Positions 25,982 through 34,778 of a DNA stretch of 40,310 nucleotides are shown here, one piece after another. The stretch's first letter is position 1. Every line of letters begins with the position of its first letter. Position numbers and translations under genes: made by a program. The notes beneath the pieces were generated by a model. The model did no database searches. It saw only the letters and a list, made by a program, of their open reading frames with translations, and had not been told where the DNA came from. The stretch is from Holosporales bacterium (lineage in GTDB: Bacteria > Pseudomonadota > Alphaproteobacteria > UBA3830 > JAIRMZ01), in contig JAIRST010000059.1 of the NCBI GenBank assembly GCA_031255325.1, positions 1 to 40,310 on the forward strand, given 5' to 3'.

Positions 25982-28207
25982 TTATTGCTGCTCCGTGTTA
26001 GCTTTATTGCTCATTTTATGGAGTATCCCATAATCAAGTGCAACATCTTTTTCGAGGATCTTCTTTTGTTTTACACCACAATCTATCAAAGTTTTTATTC
26101 TACGAAGAAACGGAAGAATTTCCTGTGTATCTTTCTGTGATTTCGCAATTATATATCTGAGTTGCCTAAGAATTGTAAGAAAAGTCTGTTGGTCAAATGA
26201 CTCTTTGGGTTCTTTTAACATGTTAGAGGCGCCGTATAATAATGAATCGCCCCACGTCTCGATTAAAGAAATGCATTGTTGAGAGGTAATACCACTGGCA
26301 GGGATGCCGAACAGCTGTTGAGATAACGCTTCTGGGGTCTGCTTTATCCAGCCTTGCTCTATAGCGAAACGCTTAAATGCGAGCGATGCCAGATTTGACA
26401 TTATCAATTCCTTTTCATACTCGCCAACGCGAATCTGTTTAAAAGAAAGGAGTGGTTCTATCATCTCATCAGGACGAGGATTTAATGCGAATAACCATTC
26501 TATTGGAGTAAACCATTCTTTTTGGTTGAAAACCATTTTCTCTTGAAGAGACTGCTTTTTAATTCGCGAAAGATGCGCAAATGGAAATTTCGCGAGGTTA
26601 CAACTTTGATTTATATAGTTTGAAGCGTTTGGCGAAGTTAAGATCTCTTTTAAAGCTGTGTTATTGGTTTGTAAGAGAGCCATCCAAAAGGGAGATATAG
26701 AATCTTTCTGCTTCGTAAAATAATCCGCTTTCTTTATGTTGAGCAAGAGTTGACAAATTTCTTCGTTTACTTTTTCTGGATAGCAAGCGGAAAACATTAT
26801 ACTAAACCCTAAAATGGTTGTCTTTATAATCTTGCTAGGGATTTGTTCCTTTGTATCATAATTTGCCGAACCGGGGAAAATATAATGCTCTTCCCCACAT
26901 TGTATCTCGCAAGGAGCATTGGGATTCACGAAGTTGGGAACATACGTCAATGCTGTGGTTAGAGAATCATGACAACTGCACCCTACGGAAATGGCTAACA
27001 ATTTCTGACTGTCAGAATTTTGGAGAAAAGCGCTTAATTCTGGTTTTTTCCCTAATAGAAATTGTATATCCCACAATATATTTTCGTCTCTACCAAAAAA
27101 TGCTAAACGAAAAAGTGTTCGCATGATTTGCTCGTCCATCCAAACATGAAACGTGTTGTTCCAAAAATTCTGAATCCCATCTAAACGATAAAAGATGGAT
27201 TTCTTTCCTGCAATAATCGATAAATTTTCCTTAAAATAATCCATTATCTGAGTTTCATTTTCCATCCTTTTCTGCAGCAATGTTTCTAAGGCAACCCACT
27301 CTTTGTCCTCAAAAGAAAGCTCTTGCTCCTTTGGTATTGGGTCGAACGAGAAAACAGAAAGATCCCCATAGGCGTTAACGGTGACCTTGGGAAGGTGCGA
27401 ATCCTTTGAAAAGGAGGTCTTGTTAACGAAAATGTCATTTAGCTTTGTTGAGCCAGAAACTGCGAAAGCAGTTGCCAAACGGAGAGATAAATCTTTTTCC
27501 TCTTGTTGAAGAGATTTTGATTTTAGATATCTTAATACATAACAAATAGGCTTTTCCTTGAACAAAAGCCCGTTCTCTTTTTTCATCAGAACAGGAACTG
27601 GAATAGTCTCTATTCCTATGCCATCTTTCGTTTTTCCTACTTTGGTACTTTTGTTTAAGAAAAACAATGAGAATTCAGCCATAAGAGCTATATCATTTAA
27701 GCCGTCCTTTTTATCTCTGATTAATAGTGGAGCTAACTCTGGATGAAACAAGAAACACCGATACGGATCGATCACACAAGGATTATTCTCAGTAATTAAC
27801 TCTCCAAGAGACCAAAGATAAGTCTGTATTCGCTTTTGAGCATATTCTGGGCCGAAATGGATCATATTCATGGCCATATTAAAGGACATACAATGCCCTC
27901 TTTCTAAAGCATGTCCTATCCCTTTATCCGTTGGATCAATAAATAGGTGAAATTTAAAATAGTTATAATCTGACAATATCGCAGCAATGCGCTCAAAAAG
28001 AGAACGTTCAATATCTTGCTCAGAGTAGGTTTTTTCAAAACCCTCTGAACGAGAAGGGAGGGCCTGATCTTCGCTAAAAAAGCGTTGATTTATTTGATTG
28101 TAGTTGTCGACCACAGTATCTGACTGTATAGCTGATAGTTGTTCCGCGGAAACTAATATCGCAAACAATGAAAAAAAGGTTTTTATTTTACTCATCATGA
28201 ACTCCAT
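25982..28207 (-). CDS. Large hypothetical exported protein (orphan, 741 aa, no recognisable domain)
   Basis: The 2.2-kb frame is uninterrupted. GGAG lies upstream of the clustered ATGs at 28207/28198/28195. The signal-like N-terminus is MSKIKTFFSLFAILVSAEQLSA. Composition is A/T-rich and I recognise no catalytic motif. Confidence 0.6.
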   Translation of the reverse strand: MEFMMSKIKTFFSLFAILVSAEQLSAIQSDTVVDNYNQINQRFFSEDQALPSRSEGFEKTYSEQDIERSLFERIAAILSDYNYFKFHLFIDPTDKGIGHALERGHCMSFNMAMNMIHFGPEYAQKRIQTYLWSLGELITENNPCVIDPYRCFLFHPELAPLLIRDKKDGLNDIALMAEFSLFFLNKSTKVGKTKDGIGIETIPVPVLMKKENGLLFKEKPICYVLRYLKSKSLQQEEKDLSLRLATAFAVSGSTKLNDIFVNKTSFSKDSHLPKVTVNAYGDLSVFSFDPIPKEQELSFEDKEWVALETLLQKRMENETQIMDYFKENLSIIAGKKSIFYRLDGIQNFWNNTFHVWMDEQIMRTLFRLAFFGRDENILWDIQFLLGKKPELSAFLQNSDSQKLLAISVGCSCHDSLTTALTYVPNFVNPNAPCEIQCGEEHYIFPGSANYDTKEQIPSKIIKTTILGFSIMFSACYPEKVNEEICQLLLNIKKADYFTKQKDSISPFWMALLQTNNTALKEILTSPNASNYINQSCNLAKFPFAHLSRIKKQSLQEKMVFNQKEWFTPIEWLFALNPRPDEMIEPLLSFKQIRVGEYEKELIMSNLASLAFKRFAIEQGWIKQTPEALSQQLFGIPASGITSQQCISLIETWGDSLLYGASNMLKEPKESFDQQTFLTILRQLRYIIAKSQKDTQEILPFLRRIKTLIDCGVKQKKILEKDVALDYGILHKMSNKANTEQQ

Positions 28208-28265
28208 TATTGCATATTGTATACATTTTTTTAGTTCTTCTGCAATATTGTTCCCCTCTTTGTGT

Positions 28266-28520
28266 TTTGTAAAGATTGCTATAGCAGATCCGGGAGATAT
28301 TTACACGCGGGATCGTATTATCCATGCTTTAGGACCTCATTTTCATGTGGAATTTGTTGTTGCTTTGAAGCAACAAATTTTAAATTTCTACGCATCCTAT
28401 AAACGAAAAGCTAGTCCTGGTTCTCGGACAGAGGTTAATCGGCAGACGTATGACCTTTTGCAAGAGGCTATTGCGTGTCGTGCAAGTGATGTGCATTTTG
28501 AGCCTGAAGATTCTTTGGTG
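28266..28520 (+). pseudogene. Relic of a GspE/PilB-type secretion or pilus-assembly ATPase (N-domain to start of the ATPase core only)
   Basis: It lies in the spacer between the orphan start and the htrA stop. One frame reads FVKIAIADPGDIYTRDRIIHALGPHFHVEFVVALKQQILNFYASY, then about 20 aa, then LLQEAIACRASDVHFEP. That order and spacing match the T2SSE N-terminal domain followed by the ASDIHxEP box. No Walker A, no usable start codon and no downstream continuation are present. Confidence 0.55.
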
Positions 28521-28613
28521 CCGCTTTCTTCTTCGAAACTTCCCTCTTCGGACCTATCCCTGCCGCACTCCTCAACATCTCAAAGCAACCGGTCATGTGC
28601 GAAAATACAGACT

Positions 28614-30017
28614 CTATCTTTGGATGCTGAATTTATATGTCTGATCGCCTCGTTTGATGGTAAAGCGCCAAACGGGAAATGATATTTGCAATGCGGACTG
28701 CACATCGCTGACAGAAGCAATCTTTTTCCCATTGATTTTTAACAAAATATCCCCTGGCATAAGCTCAATAGCAGCTTCTTTTGCGATAGAGAAAACAACA
28801 ACTCCTTCGGATTCCAAAATAGGAGCCGCCAGCTCAGCGACAACGGCAGGATTGATATTACAGATTGTAATACCATCAAGAGGGTGCCGCCCTTTAAGAG
28901 TCGTCAACTTTCTAGCTGGAATGTCCGCTGGTGCAGTAAGGGTAACATCAATTTCAAGAGAGTCTCTTTTACGTTGAACGTGAAGACGTATTTTATCTCC
29001 GATGCTTTTTGTGCCAATACGAAAAATAAAAGCCTGTTCATCCTCAATAATACGTCCATCGATATGCGTAACGATATCGCCAACTTGTAAGCCAGCTTTC
29101 TCTGCCGGACTATTTTTTAACACGGCAACGATCTGCGTTCCTTGTGCACGCGCCATGCCCAAGGCATCGGCAACTTCTTGTGGGATAGGAGCGTGTTTAA
29201 CCCCGAGCCAAGGACGAATGACTTTTCCTCCATGATCTGCCACAGAGATAATCTGCCGAATTAAATCGGCAGGAATAGCAAACCCAAGTCCATGCGATCC
29301 ACCCGATGTAGATAAAATAAATGTATTCACACCGACGAGTTTTCCATCAAGGCTAACGAGAGCTCCACCGGAATTGCCTCGGTTGATAGAAGCATCTGTT
29401 TGAATATAATAACGATAGCCACCTTCTCCAACATGAGTGCGCGCCAAAGCCGAGATAATGCCCGATGTAACTGATTGTCCTACCCCAAAAGGATTGCCAA
29501 TGGCGAGGACTAAGTCTCCAACCTCCAGTGTATCGATGCTTCTGAGCTCTAAGTAAGGAAGAGGAACTTTCGCATTTTGGATTTTTAAAAGGGTTAAGTC
29601 TGTTTTGGCATCATCGACAACGATATGAGCTTCGAATTCTCGACCGTCGTGAAGGACAAGACGAATTTCCGATGCATTCTCGACAATATGGTGATTTGTA
29701 ATAACCAGCCCATCAGAACGAACAATTACTCCCGATCCAAGGGCATTTTGGATACGCTCCATGGGTAATGCTCCAGAAAAGGGCCCGAATAGGCTTCCAA
29801 AAAATGGATCTGACAAAATCGATATCGTGCCTTGTACTTTGCGTTTTGCATAGATATTTACAACCGCAGGAGAAGACTTTTTAACAACTGGACTGAAAGA
29901 TTGTGCCATTTCCGTCCGTGTTTGTGGCACGTGTTCAGGAGAAGGGTCGACCGCTTGTGTGCTAATCGGTAGGAGAGAAAAGGCACTCAACACTGTGGTA
30001 AGAAAGTACTCTTTCAT
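28614..30017 (-). CDS. htrA: Periplasmic serine endoprotease DegP/HtrA family (trypsin domain plus two PDZ domains)
   Basis: A signal peptide is present. The catalytic triad context is TNHHIV, DLTLLK and GNSGGALV. Two PDZ-like regions are visible (GLQVGDIVTHIDG and PGDILLKINGKKI). Confidence 0.92.
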   Translation of the reverse strand: MKEYFLTTVLSAFSLLPISTQAVDPSPEHVPQTRTEMAQSFSPVVKKSSPAVVNIYAKRKVQGTISILSDPFFGSLFGPFSGALPMERIQNALGSGVIVRSDGLVITNHHIVENASEIRLVLHDGREFEAHIVVDDAKTDLTLLKIQNAKVPLPYLELRSIDTLEVGDLVLAIGNPFGVGQSVTSGIISALARTHVGEGGYRYYIQTDASINRGNSGGALVSLDGKLVGVNTFILSTSGGSHGLGFAIPADLIRQIISVADHGGKVIRPWLGVKHAPIPQEVADALGMARAQGTQIVAVLKNSPAEKAGLQVGDIVTHIDGRIIEDEQAFIFRIGTKSIGDKIRLHVQRKRDSLEIDVTLTAPADIPARKLTTLKGRHPLDGITICNINPAVVAELAAPILESEGVVVFSIAKEAAIELMPGDILLKINGKKIASVSDVQSALQISFPVWRFTIKRGDQTYKFSIQR

Positions 30018-30065
30018 AAGTATATCTCCCTAAAAATTCCAAATTTTCATGCTAGCATAACGCGT

Positions 30066-31199
30066 TTAAATTGAAAAATCTTCAATGAGTTTTAGTGTTT
30101 CTTCGCAAATTTTTTCTTGATTAAACTCTTGTTCTGCACGTTCACGGCCGCGTTTTCCCATTTTAAGCCGCAGTTTTGGATTTTGAATAAGGGTGCGCAA
30201 AGCATCTGCGAGCGGAAAAACGGTTTGCGGGGGTACGAGTAAGCCGTTGTCCTGATGGCGTACGACCTCGCGACATCCTACGGAATCTGTAGTAATAATA
30301 GGTCTTCCGGACGCGGCGGCTTCTAAAAGGGCCTTTGGAATACCTTCTCGATAAGAAGGCAAGCAGACAATGTGCGATTCAGCAAAAACACGAACCATAT
30401 CTTTCTGTTCCTCACACCATTTAACGACTCCTGACTTTGTCCAATCCTGTAAAATCTCTATCGGAACAGCTGCTGGGTTCTGAGGATCCGCTCTGCCTAC
30501 AAGCAAGAATTGTGCTTCTATTTTTTCTGTTTTTAATATCCGTGCTGCTTCGACAAACTCTCTGATCCCTTTATGCCAAAGCATTCGAGCTGGTAAAACG
30601 ATAGTACAGGATCCCGAAGGTTCTGAAGTAGGAGAAAAGCGTGTGCAGTCCACACCAGATCCGCGGACAATAGAAAGATGCGATAAGGCAAGAGCATGAA
30701 AAAGAGCGTAATCATCTGTATTTTGTACGATTATGCATGTTGGCTTTAAAAGAAAGCGCAGTACCAATAAAAGAGCTTTTTTGATGCACAAAATTTTTAA
30801 CGTTTTTTCGGTAAAGAGATAGCCCAAACCTGTAATAAAATTAATACATCGCGCTTTTGTAGAAAAAAGCGTAGCTATCGTGCCATAAAGAACAGGTTTT
30901 AGAGAAACATTAAGGATATACTTTGGTTTTTCTTTGTATAGTAGGTAAAAAAGACGGAATAAAATCTTTGCTTCTTTTAGCAGATTCATGCTTTTTCTGT
31001 TCCACGGGAAAGGAATAATCCGGATGTCTTCTCCATAATGGATCAATGACGTTTTAATAGTAGGAGTTGTAGCAACAGAGACAATTGCTCCACGTTGCTG
31101 TAAAGCCTTGGCAAGGGCTAAGCGATGGGAGAGAAAATACTGTTCCTCTGTTACTAGTAACAGGACGTTTTTACCTTCAAATATGTCAGGCAGTGTCAT
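30066..31199 (-). CDS. Glycosyltransferase family 4 (GT-B, GT1 Pfam type)
   Basis: The C-terminal half has PSYREGIPKALLEAAASGRPIITTD..G.LV, the EX7E-type GT4 motif. The ATG at 31199 lies 4 nt after the upstream stop; the track extension to 31361 overlaps the asnB-like gene. Confidence 0.8.
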   Translation of the reverse strand: MTLPDIFEGKNVLLLVTEEQYFLSHRLALAKALQQRGAIVSVATTPTIKTSLIHYGEDIRIIPFPWNRKSMNLLKEAKILFRLFYLLYKEKPKYILNVSLKPVLYGTIATLFSTKARCINFITGLGYLFTEKTLKILCIKKALLLVLRFLLKPTCIIVQNTDDYALFHALALSHLSIVRGSGVDCTRFSPTSEPSGSCTIVLPARMLWHKGIREFVEAARILKTEKIEAQFLLVGRADPQNPAAVPIEILQDWTKSGVVKWCEEQKDMVRVFAESHIVCLPSYREGIPKALLEAAASGRPIITTDSVGCREVVRHQDNGLLVPPQTVFPLADALRTLIQNPKLRLKMGKRGRERAEQEFNQEKICEETLKLIEDFSI

Positions 31200-31203
31200 A
31201 AGT

Positions 31204-33141
31204 CTAAAGTGACACTTCTGGGTTGGCACGCAACCAAGATTGAAATGCGAGAATATCCCACAAACAGTATCCTTCATTTGTTCCTTCAAGATGCTTATGC
31301 CATAGAGCTCGTACAGCGTGAAGGTCAAATACACCTTGGCCACGCAGCAATTCTTCATCAATCAGGTCTTCTGCCCAAGCACGCAATGGTCCACGCAACC
31401 ACGTATGAATAGGAGCAGCAAATCCCATTTTTGGCCTTTCGATAAGAGAGCGTGGCACACGTTTATAAAGGACTTCGCATAATGCCCATTTTGTTATACC
31501 GTGACGAATTTTCATGCGCTGCGGCAATCTCCATGAAAACTCTACAATACGGTGATCAAGTAGGGGAACGCGCGCTTCAAGAGCAACACGCATACTGGAA
31601 CGATCTACTTTTGTCAAAATATCATCAGGTAAATACGTAATAAGGTCTAAAAACTGCATGCGGTCGCAGAAATCAGGTATCTTTTGCTTAAGAGAAGCAT
31701 CCCACAAGACGTTATGGAGTTCCGAAGCGTTCAAAACCAAAGAGTTCGGATGCTTCCAATGGCTGATGATACTTGTATAAATACTCTCTTCTCCAGAGAG
31801 TTCTATAACTGCTGCTAATGTGCACAGTTTATGTCCAAGTTGAGAAGGCACGTAACGGGGAAATAGATATGCTCCCATCTGACACACCTTTGCGCAAATA
31901 TTTGAACGCAACATCTTCGCAAACAAAGCTGTGCATGGAATTTTTGATAGAGCATGACACTGCTGTGCCCAACGATAACGATTATATCCCGCAAACAGCT
32001 CATCTCCTCCATCACCTGAAAGAGCAACCGTGACATGCTTTCGTGTCAGAGCGCTCACCAACATTGTTGGAATCTGAGAAGAATCGGCGAAAGGTTCATC
32101 ATACCACTGTGGCAATTCTTCAACTAGCAGCAATGCATCCTTGTCATCGGCATAAAGCTCTGTGTGATGTGTTCCCAAATGCTGCGCAACAGCTGCCGCA
32201 TAAGGGGCTTCATTATACTCCTGATCAGAAAACCCAATGGAAAATGTACGCACTGGAACGTCACTTTGTTCCACCATAAGCGCCGTAACCAAAGAAGAAT
32301 CTATTCCACCAGAGAGAAAAGCACCAATTGGTACATCTGCTACCATACGGCATTTCACGGCTTCTTTTAAAAGAGACTCAAGCTCTTCTAACAGCGCTTT
32401 TTCATCGCAACACTTTTTCCGGTCCTGAAGACCTTGCAGAACGACATTCTGTGCTTGCCAGAAAGGACGCACAACAGGATCTTCTCCAAGGTGTAGCTGA
32501 AGATAATATCCTGGTTCAAGTTTATGCACACCTTTATAGATTGTGCGTGGTGCGGGAATGTAATTAAAACGCATAAAAGATGCTACAGAGTCTCGATCGA
32601 GCGTAGGGTGCCATCCATGATAAGCACGTAAAGCTTTAAGCTCAGATCCAAAAGCAAAGACACCATCCAGCATGCCCCAATACAAGGGCTTAATGCCCAA
32701 CCGATCTCGTGCACACCATAGAACGCGGTCCTGTTTATCAAAAAGAGCAAAAGCAAACATGCCGACGAGGCGGTCTAGAGTTTTTTCCACGCCCCAAACG
32801 GCGCAAGCCTCTAAAATAACTTCTGTGTCTGAATTGCCACGAAAGGAATATCCGTATTTCATTAAATCTTCAGCTATTTCTTTGTGTGAATACACTTCAC
32901 CATTATAGACAATCACGTAACGCCCTGAGGCTGATACCATGGGCTGGTGCCCAGCAGCCGATAAATCACGAATGGCTAAACGACGATGTCCTAAAGCAGC
33001 GCCCTGTTCGGCAGATACCCACGTTCCCCGAGAATCTGGACCGCGATGCGACAACACATCCGTCATTTTATCTATTGTATGCGCTAATGTAGCGCTACTG
33101 AGTTTGTGCGTATCGTCAATCAGTCCTGCTATACCACACAT
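31204..33141 (-). CDS. Asparagine synthase (glutamine-hydrolysing) family amidotransferase, polysaccharide-cluster type
   Basis: MCGIAG is the N-terminal nucleophile Cys2 of a class II glutamine amidotransferase. The PP-loop is AFLSGGIDSS. At 645 aa and inside a sugar-modification cluster, it is more likely a sugar-uronamide amidotransferase than a housekeeping AsnB (inference). Confidence 0.8.
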   Translation of the reverse strand: MCGIAGLIDDTHKLSSATLAHTIDKMTDVLSHRGPDSRGTWVSAEQGAALGHRRLAIRDLSAAGHQPMVSASGRYVIVYNGEVYSHKEIAEDLMKYGYSFRGNSDTEVILEACAVWGVEKTLDRLVGMFAFALFDKQDRVLWCARDRLGIKPLYWGMLDGVFAFGSELKALRAYHGWHPTLDRDSVASFMRFNYIPAPRTIYKGVHKLEPGYYLQLHLGEDPVVRPFWQAQNVVLQGLQDRKKCCDEKALLEELESLLKEAVKCRMVADVPIGAFLSGGIDSSLVTALMVEQSDVPVRTFSIGFSDQEYNEAPYAAAVAQHLGTHHTELYADDKDALLLVEELPQWYDEPFADSSQIPTMLVSALTRKHVTVALSGDGGDELFAGYNRYRWAQQCHALSKIPCTALFAKMLRSNICAKVCQMGAYLFPRYVPSQLGHKLCTLAAVIELSGEESIYTSIISHWKHPNSLVLNASELHNVLWDASLKQKIPDFCDRMQFLDLITYLPDDILTKVDRSSMRVALEARVPLLDHRIVEFSWRLPQRMKIRHGITKWALCEVLYKRVPRSLIERPKMGFAAPIHTWLRGPLRAWAEDLIDEELLRGQGVFDLHAVRALWHKHLEGTNEGYCLWDILAFQSWLRANPEVSL

Positions 33142-33150
33142 TTTCTTTCC

Positions 33151-34431
33151 TTATAGTCTCCATACTCGATAACCGAGAGCTTCTATTGCTGCGGGATCGA
33201 AAACAGACTTTACATCAACAAAAACGCCTCCTATTTTTACCTTCGCCAATATCTCTATAAGAGGCATGTCAACATAAATTTGATGCGGAACAGCTAAAAT
33301 ACAGGCATCAGCCTGCGAAGGAATGCCTGCCCATGGTGTAAGAACGAAACCATACTCCCTTCTTGTAATTTCTGGCGCTGCGATAGGGTCAGATACGGTT
33401 ACATCGCATCCAAATTCTTGAAGCTCTCTTATCAAGTCAGCTACCTTTGAATTTCTTAGATCCGAACAATTTTCTTTGAATGTTACCCCCAGAATAGTAA
33501 CACAGGCTCCTTTCACCGATGACCCCGTGTGAATAAGCTGTTTAACCGTTTGTTGCGCTACATAATGCGCCATAGAATCGTTCAATCGTCGACCAGCCAA
33601 AATAATTTCTGAATGATAGCCAAGAGTTTCCACCTTGTGCGTAAGATAATATGGATCAACTCCAATACAATGTCCTCCCACAAAACCTGGATGAAAAGGA
33701 AAGAAATTCCATTTTGTACGAGCCGCCTCTAAAACTTCCATCGTATCAATACCCATGCGGTGGAAGATGATGGATAATTCGTTCATCAGAGCAATATTTA
33801 AATCACGCTGCGTGTTTTCGATGACCTTCGCTGCTTCCGCTACTTTAATAGAGCTTGCTGTGAATACACCTGCCGCAATAATGGATCCATAAATTTTCGC
33901 AGCATAAGCACATGTCTCAGGGGTATCCCCTGAAACGACTTTTTTAATTTTAGTAACTGTCCGATTTTTGTCTCCAGGATTGATGCGTTCAGGGGAATAG
34001 CCTACGGAAAAATCCTTTTTCCATTTCAAACCAGAATGCTGTTCCAAAACAGGGATGCAAATTTCTTCCGTAGCCCCAGGATATACGGTGGATTCAAAAA
34101 CGATAGTTGTTCCTTTTCTCATATAATGCCCAATTAAGGTACTCGCTTCTATAAGACAGGCAAAATCTGGCTTATGCGCTTTATCAACAGGTGTTGGAAC
34201 AGCAACAACAATGAAATCCGCTTCATTTAGATGCTGAGGATCTGTTGTAGGGGAAAAACCTTTTGAAAGAAGAAAATCTTCGTGGGCAACCTCCCCCGTA
34301 GGATCTTTATGATGCTGATAGCAATCTACTTTTTCTTGAGAAAGATCAAACCCGATAGTCTTGTATTTTTTGCCAAATTCTATGGCCAACGGCAATCCGA
34401 CATATCCAAGTCCTACGACGGCAATAATCAT
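33151..34431 (-). CDS. Nucleotide-sugar dehydrogenase, UDP-N-acetylhexosamine 6-dehydrogenase type (WbpO/TviB-like)
   Basis: The Rossmann N-terminus is MIIAVVGLGYVGLPLA. The catalytic region is GFVGGHCIGVDPYYL. Length is 426 aa from the ATG at 34431, which is preceded by GGAAGAGA. The track extension to 34509 runs into a different gene relic. Confidence 0.8.
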   Translation of the reverse strand: MIIAVVGLGYVGLPLAIEFGKKYKTIGFDLSQEKVDCYQHHKDPTGEVAHEDFLLSKGFSPTTDPQHLNEADFIVVAVPTPVDKAHKPDFACLIEASTLIGHYMRKGTTIVFESTVYPGATEEICIPVLEQHSGLKWKKDFSVGYSPERINPGDKNRTVTKIKKVVSGDTPETCAYAAKIYGSIIAAGVFTASSIKVAEAAKVIENTQRDLNIALMNELSIIFHRMGIDTMEVLEAARTKWNFFPFHPGFVGGHCIGVDPYYLTHKVETLGYHSEIILAGRRLNDSMAHYVAQQTVKQLIHTGSSVKGACVTILGVTFKENCSDLRNSKVADLIRELQEFGCDVTVSDPIAAPEITRREYGFVLTPWAGIPSQADACILAVPHQIYVDMPLIEILAKVKIGGVFVDVKSVFDPAAIEALGYRVWRL

Positions 34432-34457
34432 TTCTCTTCCTTTCAAACCTATAAGAT

Positions 34458-34646
34458 TTAACGATAGCCCACAGTAACACGTCCGATAGCTTCTTTCCAA
34501 GGAGCGCAATTGCGTTCTAAGGAAAATCGCTCTGTAATTTTCAAAGCTTCCTGTCCTAAACGCTTGCGCTGTTCAGTATCCGTCATTAATTCCTCTATAA
34601 GTGCTGCCAGTTGATCAACGTCTCCCTCTCCCTTTAGTCCCCAACC
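34458..34646 (-). pseudogene. C-terminal stub of a GT4-type glycosyltransferase (about 62 codons, no start)
   Basis: My translation is GWGLKGEGDVDQLAALIEELMTDTEQRKRLGQEALKITERFSLERNCAPWKEAIGRVTVGYR-stop, bounded upstream by an in-frame TGA (34647-34649). It parallels the C-terminus of the intact neighbour (PIGDVQALTQKMEFLIENFDERQRLSQNARYLPERFSEN). Confidence 0.6.
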
Positions 34647-34778
34647 TCACGTTTCCAAAATGTCTGATATTAATAATTAAAATGGCCCTACATATCAATA
34701 TAAGGTGAATTTTATTTCAATTTAAAAATATTTACATATGAAGGTTCTCGAGAGGGAACTTTATAAGGATACTGTAGG

